In this document: one piece after another, positions 1 to 8,865 of the stretch
Numbering within the stretch: position 1 is the stretch's first letter
How the letters are laid out: each line of letters begins with the position of its first letter
Source of the DNA: Oscillospiraceae bacterium
GTDB lineage: Bacteria > Bacillota_I > Bacilli_A > RFN20 > CAG-826
NCBI GenBank assembly: GCA_963647095.1
Contig: CAVIYC010000001.1
Coordinates: forward strand, 1-44,024
Direction: 5' to 3'
DNA length: 44,024 bases
The notes under the pieces: generated by a model
What the model was told of the DNA's origin: nothing
The model's input: only the letters and a program-made list of their open reading frames with translations
The model's database searches: none
Made by a program: the position numbers and the translations under genes

Positions 1-429
1 ATCCAATATCGGAAGCCCCAATAATTCAAATATCGAGACAACGTGATTGAATCCTCTTTTCTCATCTCGTTCGAAATAACTCGTCGCAGGAACGACAAGA
101 TGTTTTCGAAACATAAATTTAAGAAAATTCGTTTTTTGGTTCAAAAATATCTCCCTGATCTCGAAATCGCCACATCCTTTTAAATAATAAAGGCTATTTC
201 TAAACGATTCGTTATAATCATAAAACCAATAAATATTAAGTCCTTTCCACTTTTCGTTTCTTAATTTGGGTTCCAAGTCGTTTTTGCAGATATCGCAAAG
301 GCAGCTTTTTTGGCCAATATCCGAAATTTGAAGCCTTTTTATCGGTGAAAAACACCGTTTACAAACACTTGTTGCACTCTTTGATACTTTGAATGCATGT
401 ATCGATGCTTTTTGTTCGTTTTCCGGCAT
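1..429 (-). CDS. comFC: ComF family protein (ComFC, phosphoribosyltransferase-like), 3' end cut by window edge
   Basis: Absent from the ORF track because it runs off the window edge. My translation from ATG 429..427 gives MPENEQKASIHAFKVSKSATSVCKRCFSPIKRLQISDIGQKSCLCDICKNDLEP...WFYDYNESFRNSLYYLKGCGDFEIREIF...HLVVPATSYFERDEKRGFNHV. It has two Cys pairs and the VP..S..R...RGFN block typical of ComFC. GGAGG at 439-443 lies 9 nt upstream of the ATG. The gene sits immediately downstream of comFA and overlaps it by 71 nt. Confidence 0.75.
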   Translation of the reverse strand, partial: MPENEQKASIHAFKVSKSATSVCKRCFSPIKRLQISDIGQKSCLCDICKNDLEPKLRNEKWKGLNIYWFYDYNESFRNSLYYLKGCGDFEIREIFLNQKTNFLKFMFRKHLVVPATSYFERDEKRGFNHVVSIFELLGLPILD

Positions 430-1504
430 AAAATATCACCTCCCCTTCTGGTGCGTCCCATTTTCTGCCTACCCTTCCAGATATTTGAACCAATGTGGCG
501 CTATCATAGATCGATTCTTTATCGGCGTTAAAAACCAAAACTTGTAGGTCCTTCACTGTAATTCCACGCTCTAAAATAGATGTGGTAATTAAATATTTAA
601 GTTCGTTTGTTTTAAATTTCTTTATTTTTAATTCTCGGTTTTTGTCTTTGCTATGAACCGAAGTGCCGTTCGGAACGAAAAACCTAACGAATCTATATAG
701 CTTTTCACACTCGGCAATCGTGGGGGCAAAAACGAAAACCGGCTTGTTTTGGGCCAAAAATTCTTTGAGTTTGATAACGAGCTTAACAAAAAGAGAAAGT
801 TTGAACCCGAGAATCACTTTCGGAACAGGAATTTCATGTCTGTGGAACCTGGTTTTCAATTCCAAAACCTCATGACCTTCTTCGCTAAACTCATCAATGA
901 TTTCTTTTGAGGGGGTAGCGGACATCAAAACAACGCGTCCTTTAATCGATTTTTGATAAAAAGCGTGTAGGATGTCGCTTCCTTTGAATGGAAATGCATC
1001 AATTTCATCCATTATCAAAAGATCGAAAAAAGAAGGATATCTATAGATTTGATGGGTCGTTAGAACAATGATATCTCCTACTAAATCACGCGTGTGACCG
1101 CCATAAACGGCGATTACCTTATCTGAGGGGAAAGCTTCTTTCAAACGATAGTAAAGTTCTATTACCACATCTCTTCTTGGCAACGCAAAACCCACGTTTT
1201 TGCCAGATCTTAACGCATCTGCGATAACACCGTAAACAAGTTCGGTTTTCCCGGCCCCGCAAACCGCATATATCAAAGTATCTATTCCTTTTTGGAAGTT
1301 TTCTCGGACCTTATTGGATATAGCCAATTGATCATCAGACAGCTTAAAATTCAAAACTATTGGCGAAAGAGAAGGTTTCCTACACTGTTTTGGCGCTTCT
1401 TCGCCATTAAATCCAACGCAAAGACGGCAATAAGGCCTTCCATTCAAATATCCAATGTAGGTTTGGTTTGAATTTGAACAACGAGGGCATAAAAAATCGC
1501 TCAT
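359..1504 (-). CDS. comFA: Competence protein ComFA-like DEAD/DEAH-box helicase
   Basis: ORF 359..1522. It has an N-terminal 4-Cys zinc ribbon (CPRC...CRLC), Walker A AVCGAGKTE, a DEID box and helicase C-terminal motifs (TTSILERGIT, QISGRVGR). I prefer ATG 1504 (MSDFLCPRC) over the TTG at 1522. Confidence 0.85.
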   Translation of the reverse strand: MSDFLCPRCSNSNQTYIGYLNGRPYCRLCVGFNGEEAPKQCRKPSLSPIVLNFKLSDDQLAISNKVRENFQKGIDTLIYAVCGAGKTELVYGVIADALRSGKNVGFALPRRDVVIELYYRLKEAFPSDKVIAVYGGHTRDLVGDIIVLTTHQIYRYPSFFDLLIMDEIDAFPFKGSDILHAFYQKSIKGRVVLMSATPSKEIIDEFSEEGHEVLELKTRFHRHEIPVPKVILGFKLSLFVKLVIKLKEFLAQNKPVFVFAPTIAECEKLYRFVRFFVPNGTSVHSKDKNRELKIKKFKTNELKYLITTSILERGITVKDLQVLVFNADKESIYDSATLVQISGRVGRKWDAPEGEVIFYAGKRTKSIDTCIQSIKECNKCL

Positions 1505-1539
1505 ACCTATGTATAGACACAAGTTGAGCGAATTTACTT

Positions 1540-1980
1540 TTATTTATCTAATTCAGCTAATAAATCAACGCGCTTTTGATGCCTTCCGCCGGCGAATTCG
1601 GTATTTAAGAAAATGTCCACTCTTCTAAGAACGTCTTCCTTGTTCATGAATCTTGCGCCAAAACCGATGACGTTGGCGTTGTTGTGTTCTCTTAGTAATC
1701 CAGATACCGTGTCGTCATACCCAATTCCGGCCCTTACGCCGTGAATTTTGTTGGCGGCCATAGTGATTCCCTCGCCAGAACCGCAAACAACGATTCCAAA
1801 ATCGGCTTGTTTTGAAGCTACGGCCTTGCCTACAGCCGCGCCATATATGGGATAATCGCATGAATCCTCGCTATTTGTCCCAAAATCGAGGACTTCATAG
1901 CCCTTTTCTTGCAGGTGTTTGATTATTTCTTCTTTGAGAAGATATCCGCCATGATCGGATCCAATCGCAATTTTCTTCAT
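1540..1980 (-). CDS. rpiB: Ribose-5-phosphate isomerase B (RpiB/LacA/LacB family)
   Basis: The protein begins MKKIAIGSDHGGYLLKEEI and contains VCGSGEGI. ATG 1980 is preceded by GGGAG. There is an ATGA overlap with the tsaC stop. The ORF-track start at 1992 is an upstream TTG extension. Confidence 0.9.
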   Translation of the reverse strand: MKKIAIGSDHGGYLLKEEIIKHLQEKGYEVLDFGTNSEDSCDYPIYGAAVGKAVASKQADFGIVVCGSGEGITMAANKIHGVRAGIGYDDTVSGLLREHNNANVIGFGARFMNKEDVLRRVDIFLNTEFAGGRHQKRVDLLAELDK

Positions 1981-2588
1981 AATTTCTCCCAATATTCTTT
2001 AACGGTGTTGAAACTCAATCCGCCTTCACGAATAAGTTTAATATCATCTTTGGTCAAATCGATAATCGTTGAGGCGTGTAAGGAGTTACATTTTCCTTCA
2101 ACAATGACATCAACCACGCCATCAAAGGTTTTCTTTGTTTCTTCAAAAGTCACGGAAGTGGGTTCTCCCGATATATTCGCGGACGTGACCAAGCAAGGTT
2201 TCCCAACCTTATCGATCAAATTCCTAACCAAAGAGGAATCCGGAACCCTAATGCCGATTATGCCGGTTCCCAAAGTGACGTGAGACGGCAAATCTTGTCG
2301 GCTTTTCACTAAAAACGTTATTTCACCAGGTAAGAAACGTTCAAAAAGCTTCTTTTGCTTATCGTTTAAATCAACGTAGCCAAAAGCCATTTCTACGCTC
2401 GAACACATCAAGGCAAAAGGTTTGTCTGGAGAACGATGCTTAGCCGTAACCAAATCGTCGAAAGCCTTCTTTGAATCATATATAACCCCGATCCCGTATA
2501 CGGTTTCGGTCGGAAAACAAACGACATTCCCGACTTTTAGGCTTTTTGCGGCCACGTCCAAATTGTCTTCTTTAACGAACTTAGTCAT
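1977..2588 (-). CDS. tsaC: L-threonylcarbamoyladenylate synthase (YrdC/YwlC/TsaC domain only)
   Basis: 203 aa with FPTETVYGIG and SANISGEP motifs of the YrdC/Sua5 fold. Its start overlaps the prmC stop by 8 nt. Confidence 0.85.
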   Translation of the reverse strand: MTKFVKEDNLDVAAKSLKVGNVVCFPTETVYGIGVIYDSKKAFDDLVTAKHRSPDKPFALMCSSVEMAFGYVDLNDKQKKLFERFLPGEITFLVKSRQDLPSHVTLGTGIIGIRVPDSSLVRNLIDKVGKPCLVTSANISGEPTSVTFEETKKTFDGVVDVIVEGKCNSLHASTIIDLTKDDIKLIREGGLSFNTVKEYWEKL

Positions 2589-3441
2589 TTTCTTCGTCCT
2601 TTAGATAAACGAACAAGAATCTGTCAAAACCGGAAAGGTCTTTGATATATTCGCATTCGTAATCATGCAAATATGTGTCCATCAATCCATTTAAATGTTC
2701 GATTAAATCTGGAGATATTTCAAATACCAAAAGCAATGCGCCTTTTTTCACCTTATAGACGTTTTTGAAGATTTTTTCGTAAACGTCATTCTCTTTGGTG
2801 AGCCATAAAGCAGAATCCGGTTCGTAATCGATTACCGATTGCTGAGCGTCTTCTTTGTGCAAGATATATGGGGGGTTAGAAATCAAAATATCGAACTTTG
2901 TGTCTTTTTTGATCCACGGATCCAACGCATCGCCGAGTTCGGTATCAACTTGAATCGAATACCTGTCAAAGTTCTTTTTGGCGACGTTCAAGGCTTCTTC
3001 TTTGATATCCGATGCGGCGCATACCCAATTTGGGAACAAGGATTTGACTCCCAAGATAATCGCCCCGCTGCCGGTGCCGATATCCCCAACCATAAGATAG
3101 TTTCTGGGGTCGAAATACGACGATATCTTCTGCGATAAGATGGAAATCAGTTCTTCGGTCTCGTTCCTTGGGATCAAAACGTTCTTATCAACGTAAAGAT
3201 TCATCCCCAAAAATTGGGATTCGTTGATGATATATTCAACCGGCTCGCCTTTTCTCAATCGCTCGCATTGGGAAATGAAAAGAGACGGGTGCTTCATTTC
3301 GTCTTCTTGATGGTAGATAACGTCTATTTGTTGTTCGAAGCCTTCGTTATGGGCGATGAGGATGCGCAAATCCGCGGACAAAACATCGTATGGTTTGCAT
3401 AGTCTATATTGTTCTTTGTACAATTCGCCGATTTTGGGCAT
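2581..3441 (-). CDS. prmC: Release-factor glutamine N5-methyltransferase PrmC/HemK
   Basis: 286 aa with SAM motif DIGTGSGAI and catalytic NPPY. It lies directly downstream of prfA with a TAATG junction. Confidence 0.9.
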   Translation of the reverse strand: MPKIGELYKEQYRLCKPYDVLSADLRILIAHNEGFEQQIDVIYHQEDEMKHPSLFISQCERLRKGEPVEYIINESQFLGMNLYVDKNVLIPRNETEELISILSQKISSYFDPRNYLMVGDIGTGSGAIILGVKSLFPNWVCAASDIKEEALNVAKKNFDRYSIQVDTELGDALDPWIKKDTKFDILISNPPYILHKEDAQQSVIDYEPDSALWLTKENDVYEKIFKNVYKVKKGALLLVFEISPDLIEHLNGLMDTYLHDYECEYIKDLSGFDRFLFVYLKDEEND

Positions 3442-4523
3442 TATTTTTGGCTCTCCTCAAGCAATCTCTGCTCTTGATCGAAGTGAATCAAGGCATTGAT
3501 GATGTCATCCAGTTTTCCTTCCATTACTCGGTCCAAGGTGTTGGTGGTGAAACCGATTCTATGATCGGTAACGCGGTTTTGCGGGTAATTATAGGTGCGG
3601 ATTTTTTCCGAACGTTCGCCGGTCCCAACCTTCAATTTCCTTTCAGAAGCCCTGGCGGAATCTTCCTTTTCTTGATAGAAAGCCTGAACTTTGGCACGGA
3701 TCATCCTCATGCAGATTTCTTTGTTTTGGAGCTGGGCTTTCTCGGTCTGGCAAGAAACCACGATTCCGGTAGGGATATGAGTGACGCGAACCGCGGATTC
3801 GGTCTTGTTGACGTTTTGTCCGCCAGCGCCTTGGGATCTATAAGTATCGACCTTTAGGTCGGCGGGATTTATCTTAACGTCGATTTCTTCGGCTTCGGGC
3901 ATAACCAAAACCGTGGCGGTAGAGGTATGGATGCGGCCGGACGCCTCGGTCTTCGGAACGCGTTGGACGCGATGGGCGCCGGATTCGAATTTCAATTTGG
4001 AATAGACGTTCTCGCCTTTGACCATGAAGGATACGTAGGAATATCCGCCGGCCGTGCCTTCTTCTCCATCCAAGAATTGGACTTTCCAACCCTGTTCTTC
4101 GGCGTAATGCTGATACATGCGGAGCAAGTCGCCGGCAAAGATGTTGGCTTCGTCTCCGCCTACCGCGCCTCTGATTTCGACGATGATGTTTTTGGAATCG
4201 TTGGGGTCTTGCGGCAAAAGCAGCGTTTTTAAGTCGGATTCGAGCTCTTCTATCTTTTTTTCGTCTTCTTTTCTCTGCTCTCTGGCGAATTCCGAAAGCT
4301 CGGGATCTCCCGAATCGATCATCTCGTTCGCGTCTTTTATCTCTTGTTCCAATTTGAGGTAAGTCTCATAAGCTTCGTAAGCTTGGCGGAGAGACGCTTG
4401 CTCTTTGGACAATTCGGTCAAGGCGTTGATGTTGGAAGAAAAATCCCCTTCGGACAATTCTTTGTCGATTTCCTCGTATCTGGCCTTTGTGGCGGCAAGC
4501 CTTTTCCTCATGCTCTCATCCAT
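3441..4523 (-). CDS. prfA: Peptide chain release factor 1
   Basis: 360 aa with the GGQ motif (SQGAGGQNVNKTESAVRVTHIPTG) and the RF1-type block PQDPND...EIRGAVGGDEA. GGGAG Shine-Dalgarno lies upstream of ATG 4523. Confidence 0.97.
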   Translation of the reverse strand: MDESMRKRLAATKARYEEIDKELSEGDFSSNINALTELSKEQASLRQAYEAYETYLKLEQEIKDANEMIDSGDPELSEFAREQRKEDEKKIEELESDLKTLLLPQDPNDSKNIIVEIRGAVGGDEANIFAGDLLRMYQHYAEEQGWKVQFLDGEEGTAGGYSYVSFMVKGENVYSKLKFESGAHRVQRVPKTEASGRIHTSTATVLVMPEAEEIDVKINPADLKVDTYRSQGAGGQNVNKTESAVRVTHIPTGIVVSCQTEKAQLQNKEICMRMIRAKVQAFYQEKEDSARASERKLKVGTGERSEKIRTYNYPQNRVTDHRIGFTTNTLDRVMEGKLDDIINALIHFDQEQRLLEESQK

Positions 4524-4548
4524 AAACGTTTCTCCCGATTGCTGCTAG

Positions 4549-4557
4549 ATTATATCA
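4549..4557 (-). promoter_or_regulatory. Extended -10 promoter element TGATATAAT for prfA operon
   Basis: The minus strand reads aaagTGaTATAATctagcagcaatcGGGAGaaacgtttATG. The -35 is weak. The identical 9-mer recurs upstream of mnmE and the HAD gene. Confidence 0.5.
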
Positions 4558-4580
4558 CTTTAAGGCTTATTGACCACATG

Positions 4581-4596
4581 TTCTCACTAGTGAGAA
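4581..4596. repeat. Perfect 16-bp palindrome TTCTCACTAGTGAGAA in the prfA/dnaX divergent control region
   Basis: Read directly from the sequence. It lies between TTGACC (4570-4575) and TATAAT (4611-4616), overlapping candidate dnaX promoter elements. Confidence 0.9.
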
Positions 4597-4626
4597 TAAA
4601 GGATAATGGCTATAATGAACAAAGTT

Positions 4627-6345
4627 ATGTCATATCGCTCCTTATATCTAACATATCGCCCCCAAACCTTTGAAGAGGTCGCGGGCCAAAAGACTATCGT
4701 AAGAACATTGAAGAATGCTTTGAAAAACGACAAGATAGGCCACTCTTATCTATTTACCGGACCGAGAGGCACCGGAAAGACCACGATGGCTCGTCTTTTT
4801 GCCAAGGCCATCAACTGCGAAGAAGGGATAGGGCATCAATGCTGCCATTGTTCCAATTGCTTGGCGGTCGCGGATTCTTCTCACCCAGACGTCATCGAAA
4901 TAGACGCCGCATCCAATAATGGCGTTGAGCAAGTCAGAGACTTGATCGATCGCGTCAAATACGCCCCCATCAAGGGACGCATGAAGATTTATATCATCGA
5001 CGAAGTGCACATGATGACTCCGGGCGCTTTCAACGCTTTGCTAAAAACCTTGGAAGAACCTCCCGAGGACGTGGTCTTCATCCTTTGCACCACCGAACCC
5101 CAGAAAGTCATCCCGACCATCGTTTCCAGATGCCAAAGGTATGATTTCTTCAAAGTCGGCGAAGAGGACATGAAGAAAAAACTCATCGAAATCCTAAATG
5201 AAGAACATGCGGATTTCGAAGAAAGCGGGATTGATGAGATAATCGCTTTGGCCGATGGCGGCATGCGCGACGCTTTGTCCATATTGGATCAGGTATTGGC
5301 TTATAGCGACAATTCCTTGCGTCAAAACGACGTCTTGGAATTGTTCGGATTAACTTCCGTCGAACAAAAGATAAGCATTATCGAAGACATAGAAAAAGGC
5401 GATATAGCCTCATTGAAAAGGAAATTTGATTCTTTTGTTTCCGGAGGGGTCGACCTCAAGCGTTTGGCAAACGATTTGATAGCCTTAGGAAAAGACGGAT
5501 TGATATATGCCTCCGCCAAAGACGCCTCGTTAGTCAAATCGATGAGCGAGGAGCAAGCCCAGAGGTTATTGGCCTCCGCCTCATCTTCCGAACTAAAGAA
5601 GATAACTTACGGCTTGGTCGAAATGCAGAATGACTTCCGTTCCGCCTCCGACATTCGCTCCCTCTTCGAACTCCGGTTGCTTGGACTGGCAACTTCCGAC
5701 AACAAGGCTCCTTCTCCTGCTCCGAAAGCCCAAACCGTCGCCCAAACCCCGACCATAAAGAAGGAAGAGCCAAAACCGGTTGAAAAGCCAAAAGAAAGCA
5801 AAATACCGGCCTTCCTATTGGAAGACGACGAACCGTTATTCGAAGAAAAGAAGGAAGAACCGGCCAAAGTCGAGCCAAAGAAAGAAGCCCCGACCTTCGA
5901 TTTCTCAAAGATCGAAAAACCCAATATCGCCACCTCTGGCGATAAATACCATTTGGAAGACCAAGAAATCTTCAAAATCCAGCTTTTGGCCGACAAAGCC
6001 GAAAGACAAAAACTATTGGACAGCTGGGCTGAGCTATCAAAGCTCAAAGCCGACCCGAAAATCGGCAACTTGGCCACTTTGCTGAGCCAAGGAAATCCAT
6101 TCTGCCTCTCCAAAGACGCCTTGATATTGAGTTTTGCCTTCTCCAGCTTGAGAGACAAAGCCAACATCAAAGAAAATCAGAAACCCATTCAGGAATTGGT
6201 ATCTCAGTTCTTGGGAAGAAAAGTATTCGTATACGCCATAGATGGCGCCGATAGGGTTCGCACCATCAAATATTACACAAGCCAAGCCCAATTGGGATTA
6301 TTGCCCAGCAAAAAGGACATCGTCCTCAACCTGCCAACCGACTAA
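4627..6345 (+). CDS. dnaX: DNA polymerase III subunit gamma/tau
   Basis: ORF 4606..6345. The canonical N-terminus MSYRSLYLTYRPQTFEEVAGQ begins at ATG 4627; 4606 is an alternative start. It has Walker A GPRGTGKTT, a Zn module CEEGIGHQCCHCSNC, an SRC motif (IVSRCQ) and a K/E/P-rich linker. Confidence 0.95.
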   Translation: MSYRSLYLTYRPQTFEEVAGQKTIVRTLKNALKNDKIGHSYLFTGPRGTGKTTMARLFAKAINCEEGIGHQCCHCSNCLAVADSSHPDVIEIDAASNNGVEQVRDLIDRVKYAPIKGRMKIYIIDEVHMMTPGAFNALLKTLEEPPEDVVFILCTTEPQKVIPTIVSRCQRYDFFKVGEEDMKKKLIEILNEEHADFEESGIDEIIALADGGMRDALSILDQVLAYSDNSLRQNDVLELFGLTSVEQKISIIEDIEKGDIASLKRKFDSFVSGGVDLKRLANDLIALGKDGLIYASAKDASLVKSMSEEQAQRLLASASSSELKKITYGLVEMQNDFRSASDIRSLFELRLLGLATSDNKAPSPAPKAQTVAQTPTIKKEEPKPVEKPKESKIPAFLLEDDEPLFEEKKEEPAKVEPKKEAPTFDFSKIEKPNIATSGDKYHLEDQEIFKIQLLADKAERQKLLDSWAELSKLKADPKIGNLATLLSQGNPFCLSKDALILSFAFSSLRDKANIKENQKPIQELVSQFLGRKVFVYAIDGADRVRTIKYYTSQAQLGLLPSKKDIVLNLPTD

Positions 6346-6357
6346 AGGAGAAAAATT

Positions 6358-6663
6358 ATGAACCAAATGCAAGAAATGCTCATGCGCGCCCAAAAGATGC
6401 AGCGCGAATTGGCCAAAGCCCAAGCCGCTTTGGCCGAAACCGAATTCACCGTTAACAAAGCCGGCATCGTCGAGGTGGTCCTTAAGGGCGATAAATCGGT
6501 CAAATCCATCACTTTGGACAAAGACGCTTTGGATCCCGAAAACAAGGACATGATCGAAGAAAGCATCGTCATGGCCATCAACGAAGGATTGGAAAAAATC
6601 GCCGCCGAGGAAGAAAAGACCCAAGAAAAGATAACCGGCGTTCGCGGAGGAATGCCTTTCTAA
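6358..6663 (+). CDS. ybaB: Nucleoid-associated protein YbaB/EbfC
   Basis: 101 aa starting MNQMQEMLMRAQKMQRELAKAQ. It occupies the conserved dnaX-ybaB-recR position. AAGGAG Shine-Dalgarno is present. Confidence 0.9.
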   Translation: MNQMQEMLMRAQKMQRELAKAQAALAETEFTVNKAGIVEVVLKGDKSVKSITLDKDALDPENKDMIEESIVMAINEGLEKIAAEEEKTQEKITGVRGGMPF

Positions 6664-7259
6664 TGAAAGAGCTCCCGTCGATAACCAATTTAACCGATTG
6701 CTTTGCCAAACTTCCCGGGGTGGGCGTCAAGTCCGCCGAAAGAATGGCATACGCCGTTTTAAACATGGATAACGACGACAAAGAAGCCTTCTCGTCCGCC
6801 ATCACATTGGTTGGGAAGAAGGTGCGCCGCTGCCCGATATGCGGCTTATACACCGAAGAAGACAAATGCGAAATATGCGACAGCCCCGATAGGGACAAAT
6901 CGATGATCGCGGTTATCGCCGAGCCAAAGGACGCCTTGGCCATCGAAAAGACCCAATCGTATTTCGGCCTTTATCACGTTCTGGGCGGACTAATAAGCGC
7001 CGGCAGGGGCATAGGCCCCAACGACATTGCCTTGGATTCCCTTTTGGAAAGGGTGAGAAATGGCAACGTGAAAGAGGTCATCATCGCCACATCGGCGACG
7101 ATAGAAGGCCAAACCACGGCCTTATTCATAGCCAAGATTTTGGAACCGCTAAACGTGAACGTCACGCGTTTGGCCACGGGATTGCCTGCCGGAGGCTCGC
7201 TGGATTACGCGGATTCTCTGACTTTGACGAGAGCCTTTGAGGGGAGGAAAAAATTATGA
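6663..7259 (+). CDS. recR: Recombination protein RecR
   Basis: 198 aa with an HhH N-terminus (LPGVGVKSAERMA), a C4 zinc finger (CPICG...CEIC) and a Toprim domain. A TAATG junction links it to ybaB. Confidence 0.95.
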   Translation: MKELPSITNLTDCFAKLPGVGVKSAERMAYAVLNMDNDDKEAFSSAITLVGKKVRRCPICGLYTEEDKCEICDSPDRDKSMIAVIAEPKDALAIEKTQSYFGLYHVLGGLISAGRGIGPNDIALDSLLERVRNGNVKEVIIATSATIEGQTTALFIAKILEPLNVNVTRLATGLPAGGSLDYADSLTLTRAFEGRKKL

Positions 7260-7879
7260 GTTTGTTCGTTACTTTCGAAGGCGGGGAAGGCTCTGGGAAG
7301 TCCACCGCGATCAAATCGTTGGTCGAAAAGCTCCAAAACGAAGGATATGACATCCTTTTGACCAGGGAACCTGGCGGAACGCCGATTTCCGAGCAAATAA
7401 GAGAAGTCATATTGAACAAAGAAAACACCGAAATGGATCCGGTCACCGAGGCTTTTTTGTATGCGGCCTCGAGACGCCAGCACGTCGTTGAGAAAGTCAA
7501 GCCGGCCCTAAAAGAGGGGAAAATCGTTTTATGCGACCGTTTCTTGGATTCTTCCTTGGCTTACCAAGGAGGGGCCAGAGGCTTGGGTTTCGACATGATT
7601 CTGGAAATCAACAAGCACGCGATTGACGGATTGTTCCCGGACGTGACCGTCTTTTTCGATTTGAAGCCGGAAATAGGCTTGGCTCGCATAAGCGCCAACT
7701 CCGGAAGGGAAGTCAACAGATTGGACGTCGAGAAAATGGAATTCCACGAGAAAGTGAGAAACGCTTTCTTGACGTTGGCCAAGATGTATCCGAACCGTTA
7801 TGTGATAATCGACGCCTCAAAGACTCCCAAAGAGGTGCTGGAAGAGACTTACAACGCCATAAAAGCGAAATTGAGATAA
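7256..7879 (+). CDS. tmk: Thymidylate kinase
   Basis: 207 aa with P-loop FEGGEGSGKST, and the TREPGGT and DRF motifs. ATGA overlap with recR. Confidence 0.95.
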   Translation: MSLFVTFEGGEGSGKSTAIKSLVEKLQNEGYDILLTREPGGTPISEQIREVILNKENTEMDPVTEAFLYAASRRQHVVEKVKPALKEGKIVLCDRFLDSSLAYQGGARGLGFDMILEINKHAIDGLFPDVTVFFDLKPEIGLARISANSGREVNRLDVEKMEFHEKVRNAFLTLAKMYPNRYVIIDASKTPKEVLEETYNAIKAKLR

Positions 7880-8865
7880 TGCAGATAGAGAAGTATTTAA
7901 AAGAACACCAAGAGATTTGCTACCGCGTCTTCAGCCGTTCCTTAAAAGAAGGAAGGCTAAGCCACGCTTATTTGCTTTCGGGCGAAAAAGGCGTTCCTTT
8001 GAAGGAAATCGCTTTGTATTTGGCCAAATCCATAGTCTGCGACCACCCTTCTCCCTTGGCGGACGATGCTTGCGTCACTTGCCATAGGATAGACGATGGA
8101 AACTACACGGATTTGATCGTGTTGGACGGAGAAGAAGAAAGCATCAAAAAGGGCGATATCACCGAATTGACCGCTTCCTTTTCCAAAACTTCGATGGAAG
8201 GCAAGGGCGTGATGATTTACATCATCAATTTGGCGGAGAACATGATTTCCAACGCCACGAACGCTTTGCTTAAATTCCTTGAAGAACCAACGCCCGGAAC
8301 TTATGCCATATTGACCACCAGGAACTCTTCGAAGATATTGCCCACCATCATCTCTCGTTGCGAAGTCATCCGCTTGGACGCGATGCCGCACGACGAAATA
8401 TTAAAGGGCTGCAAAGAGCTTGGGTTGGACGAAAAGAAATCGGAACTCCTCTCTTTCTTCTACGGGGCGCCGGAACTCGTCAAAGAAAAAACGGAAGACG
8501 AAGAAGCCCCGAACATCGAAGGCTTGATGGAAGAGGTCTGCTTCGCCCTTGGCTCAAACCATAAGAAAGCCTTATTCACCTTCCAATCGCAGATAATCCC
8601 GGCTTGGAACAACAAGGCTAAGGCCGGAATATTGATAGACTTATTGATTGTGATATACAAAGAATTGCTAAACCTCTCTTATGGGTTTGAGCCGACCTTG
8701 CCAAATCACAAAGGCCTTTTGGAACCATTATTAGAAGACAAAAACGTCATCTCGGGCAAATTGGATTTCTTGCTTAACGCCAAATCGGAGTTGGAGACGA
8801 ATATAAACGTCTCCTTGCTCCTCGACCATATAATCATCAACCTGACAAAGGAGGAAAGACGATGA
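7879..8865 (+). CDS. holB: DNA polymerase III delta' subunit
   Basis: 328 aa. AAA+ clamp-loader-like features include HAYLLSGEKG, a Cys cluster C..C..C and SRC (ISRCEV). It follows tmk directly via a TAATG junction. Confidence 0.85.
   Translation: MQIEKYLKEHQEICYRVFSRSLKEGRLSHAYLLSGEKGVPLKEIALYLAKSIVCDHPSPLADDACVTCHRIDDGNYTDLIVLDGEEESIKKGDITELTASFSKTSMEGKGVMIYIINLAENMISNATNALLKFLEEPTPGTYAILTTRNSSKILPTIISRCEVIRLDAMPHDEILKGCKELGLDEKKSELLSFFYGAPELVKEKTEDEEAPNIEGLMEEVCFALGSNHKKALFTFQSQIIPAWNNKAKAGILIDLLIVIYKELLNLSYGFEPTLPNHKGLLEPLLEDKNVISGKLDFLLNAKSELETNINVSLLLDHIIINLTKEERR

Noticed and set aside
5173-5184. AAG AAA AAA CTC run in dnaX as a possible programmed -1 frameshift site for a gamma subunit.
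   Set aside because: It lies at about residue 190, inside the AAA+ module, far upstream of where tau/gamma splitting occurs. No downstream stem-loop or upstream Shine-Dalgarno-like stimulator is visible. The alternative plus-strand frame further downstream (5780-6085) stays open for 101 codons rather than stopping quickly.
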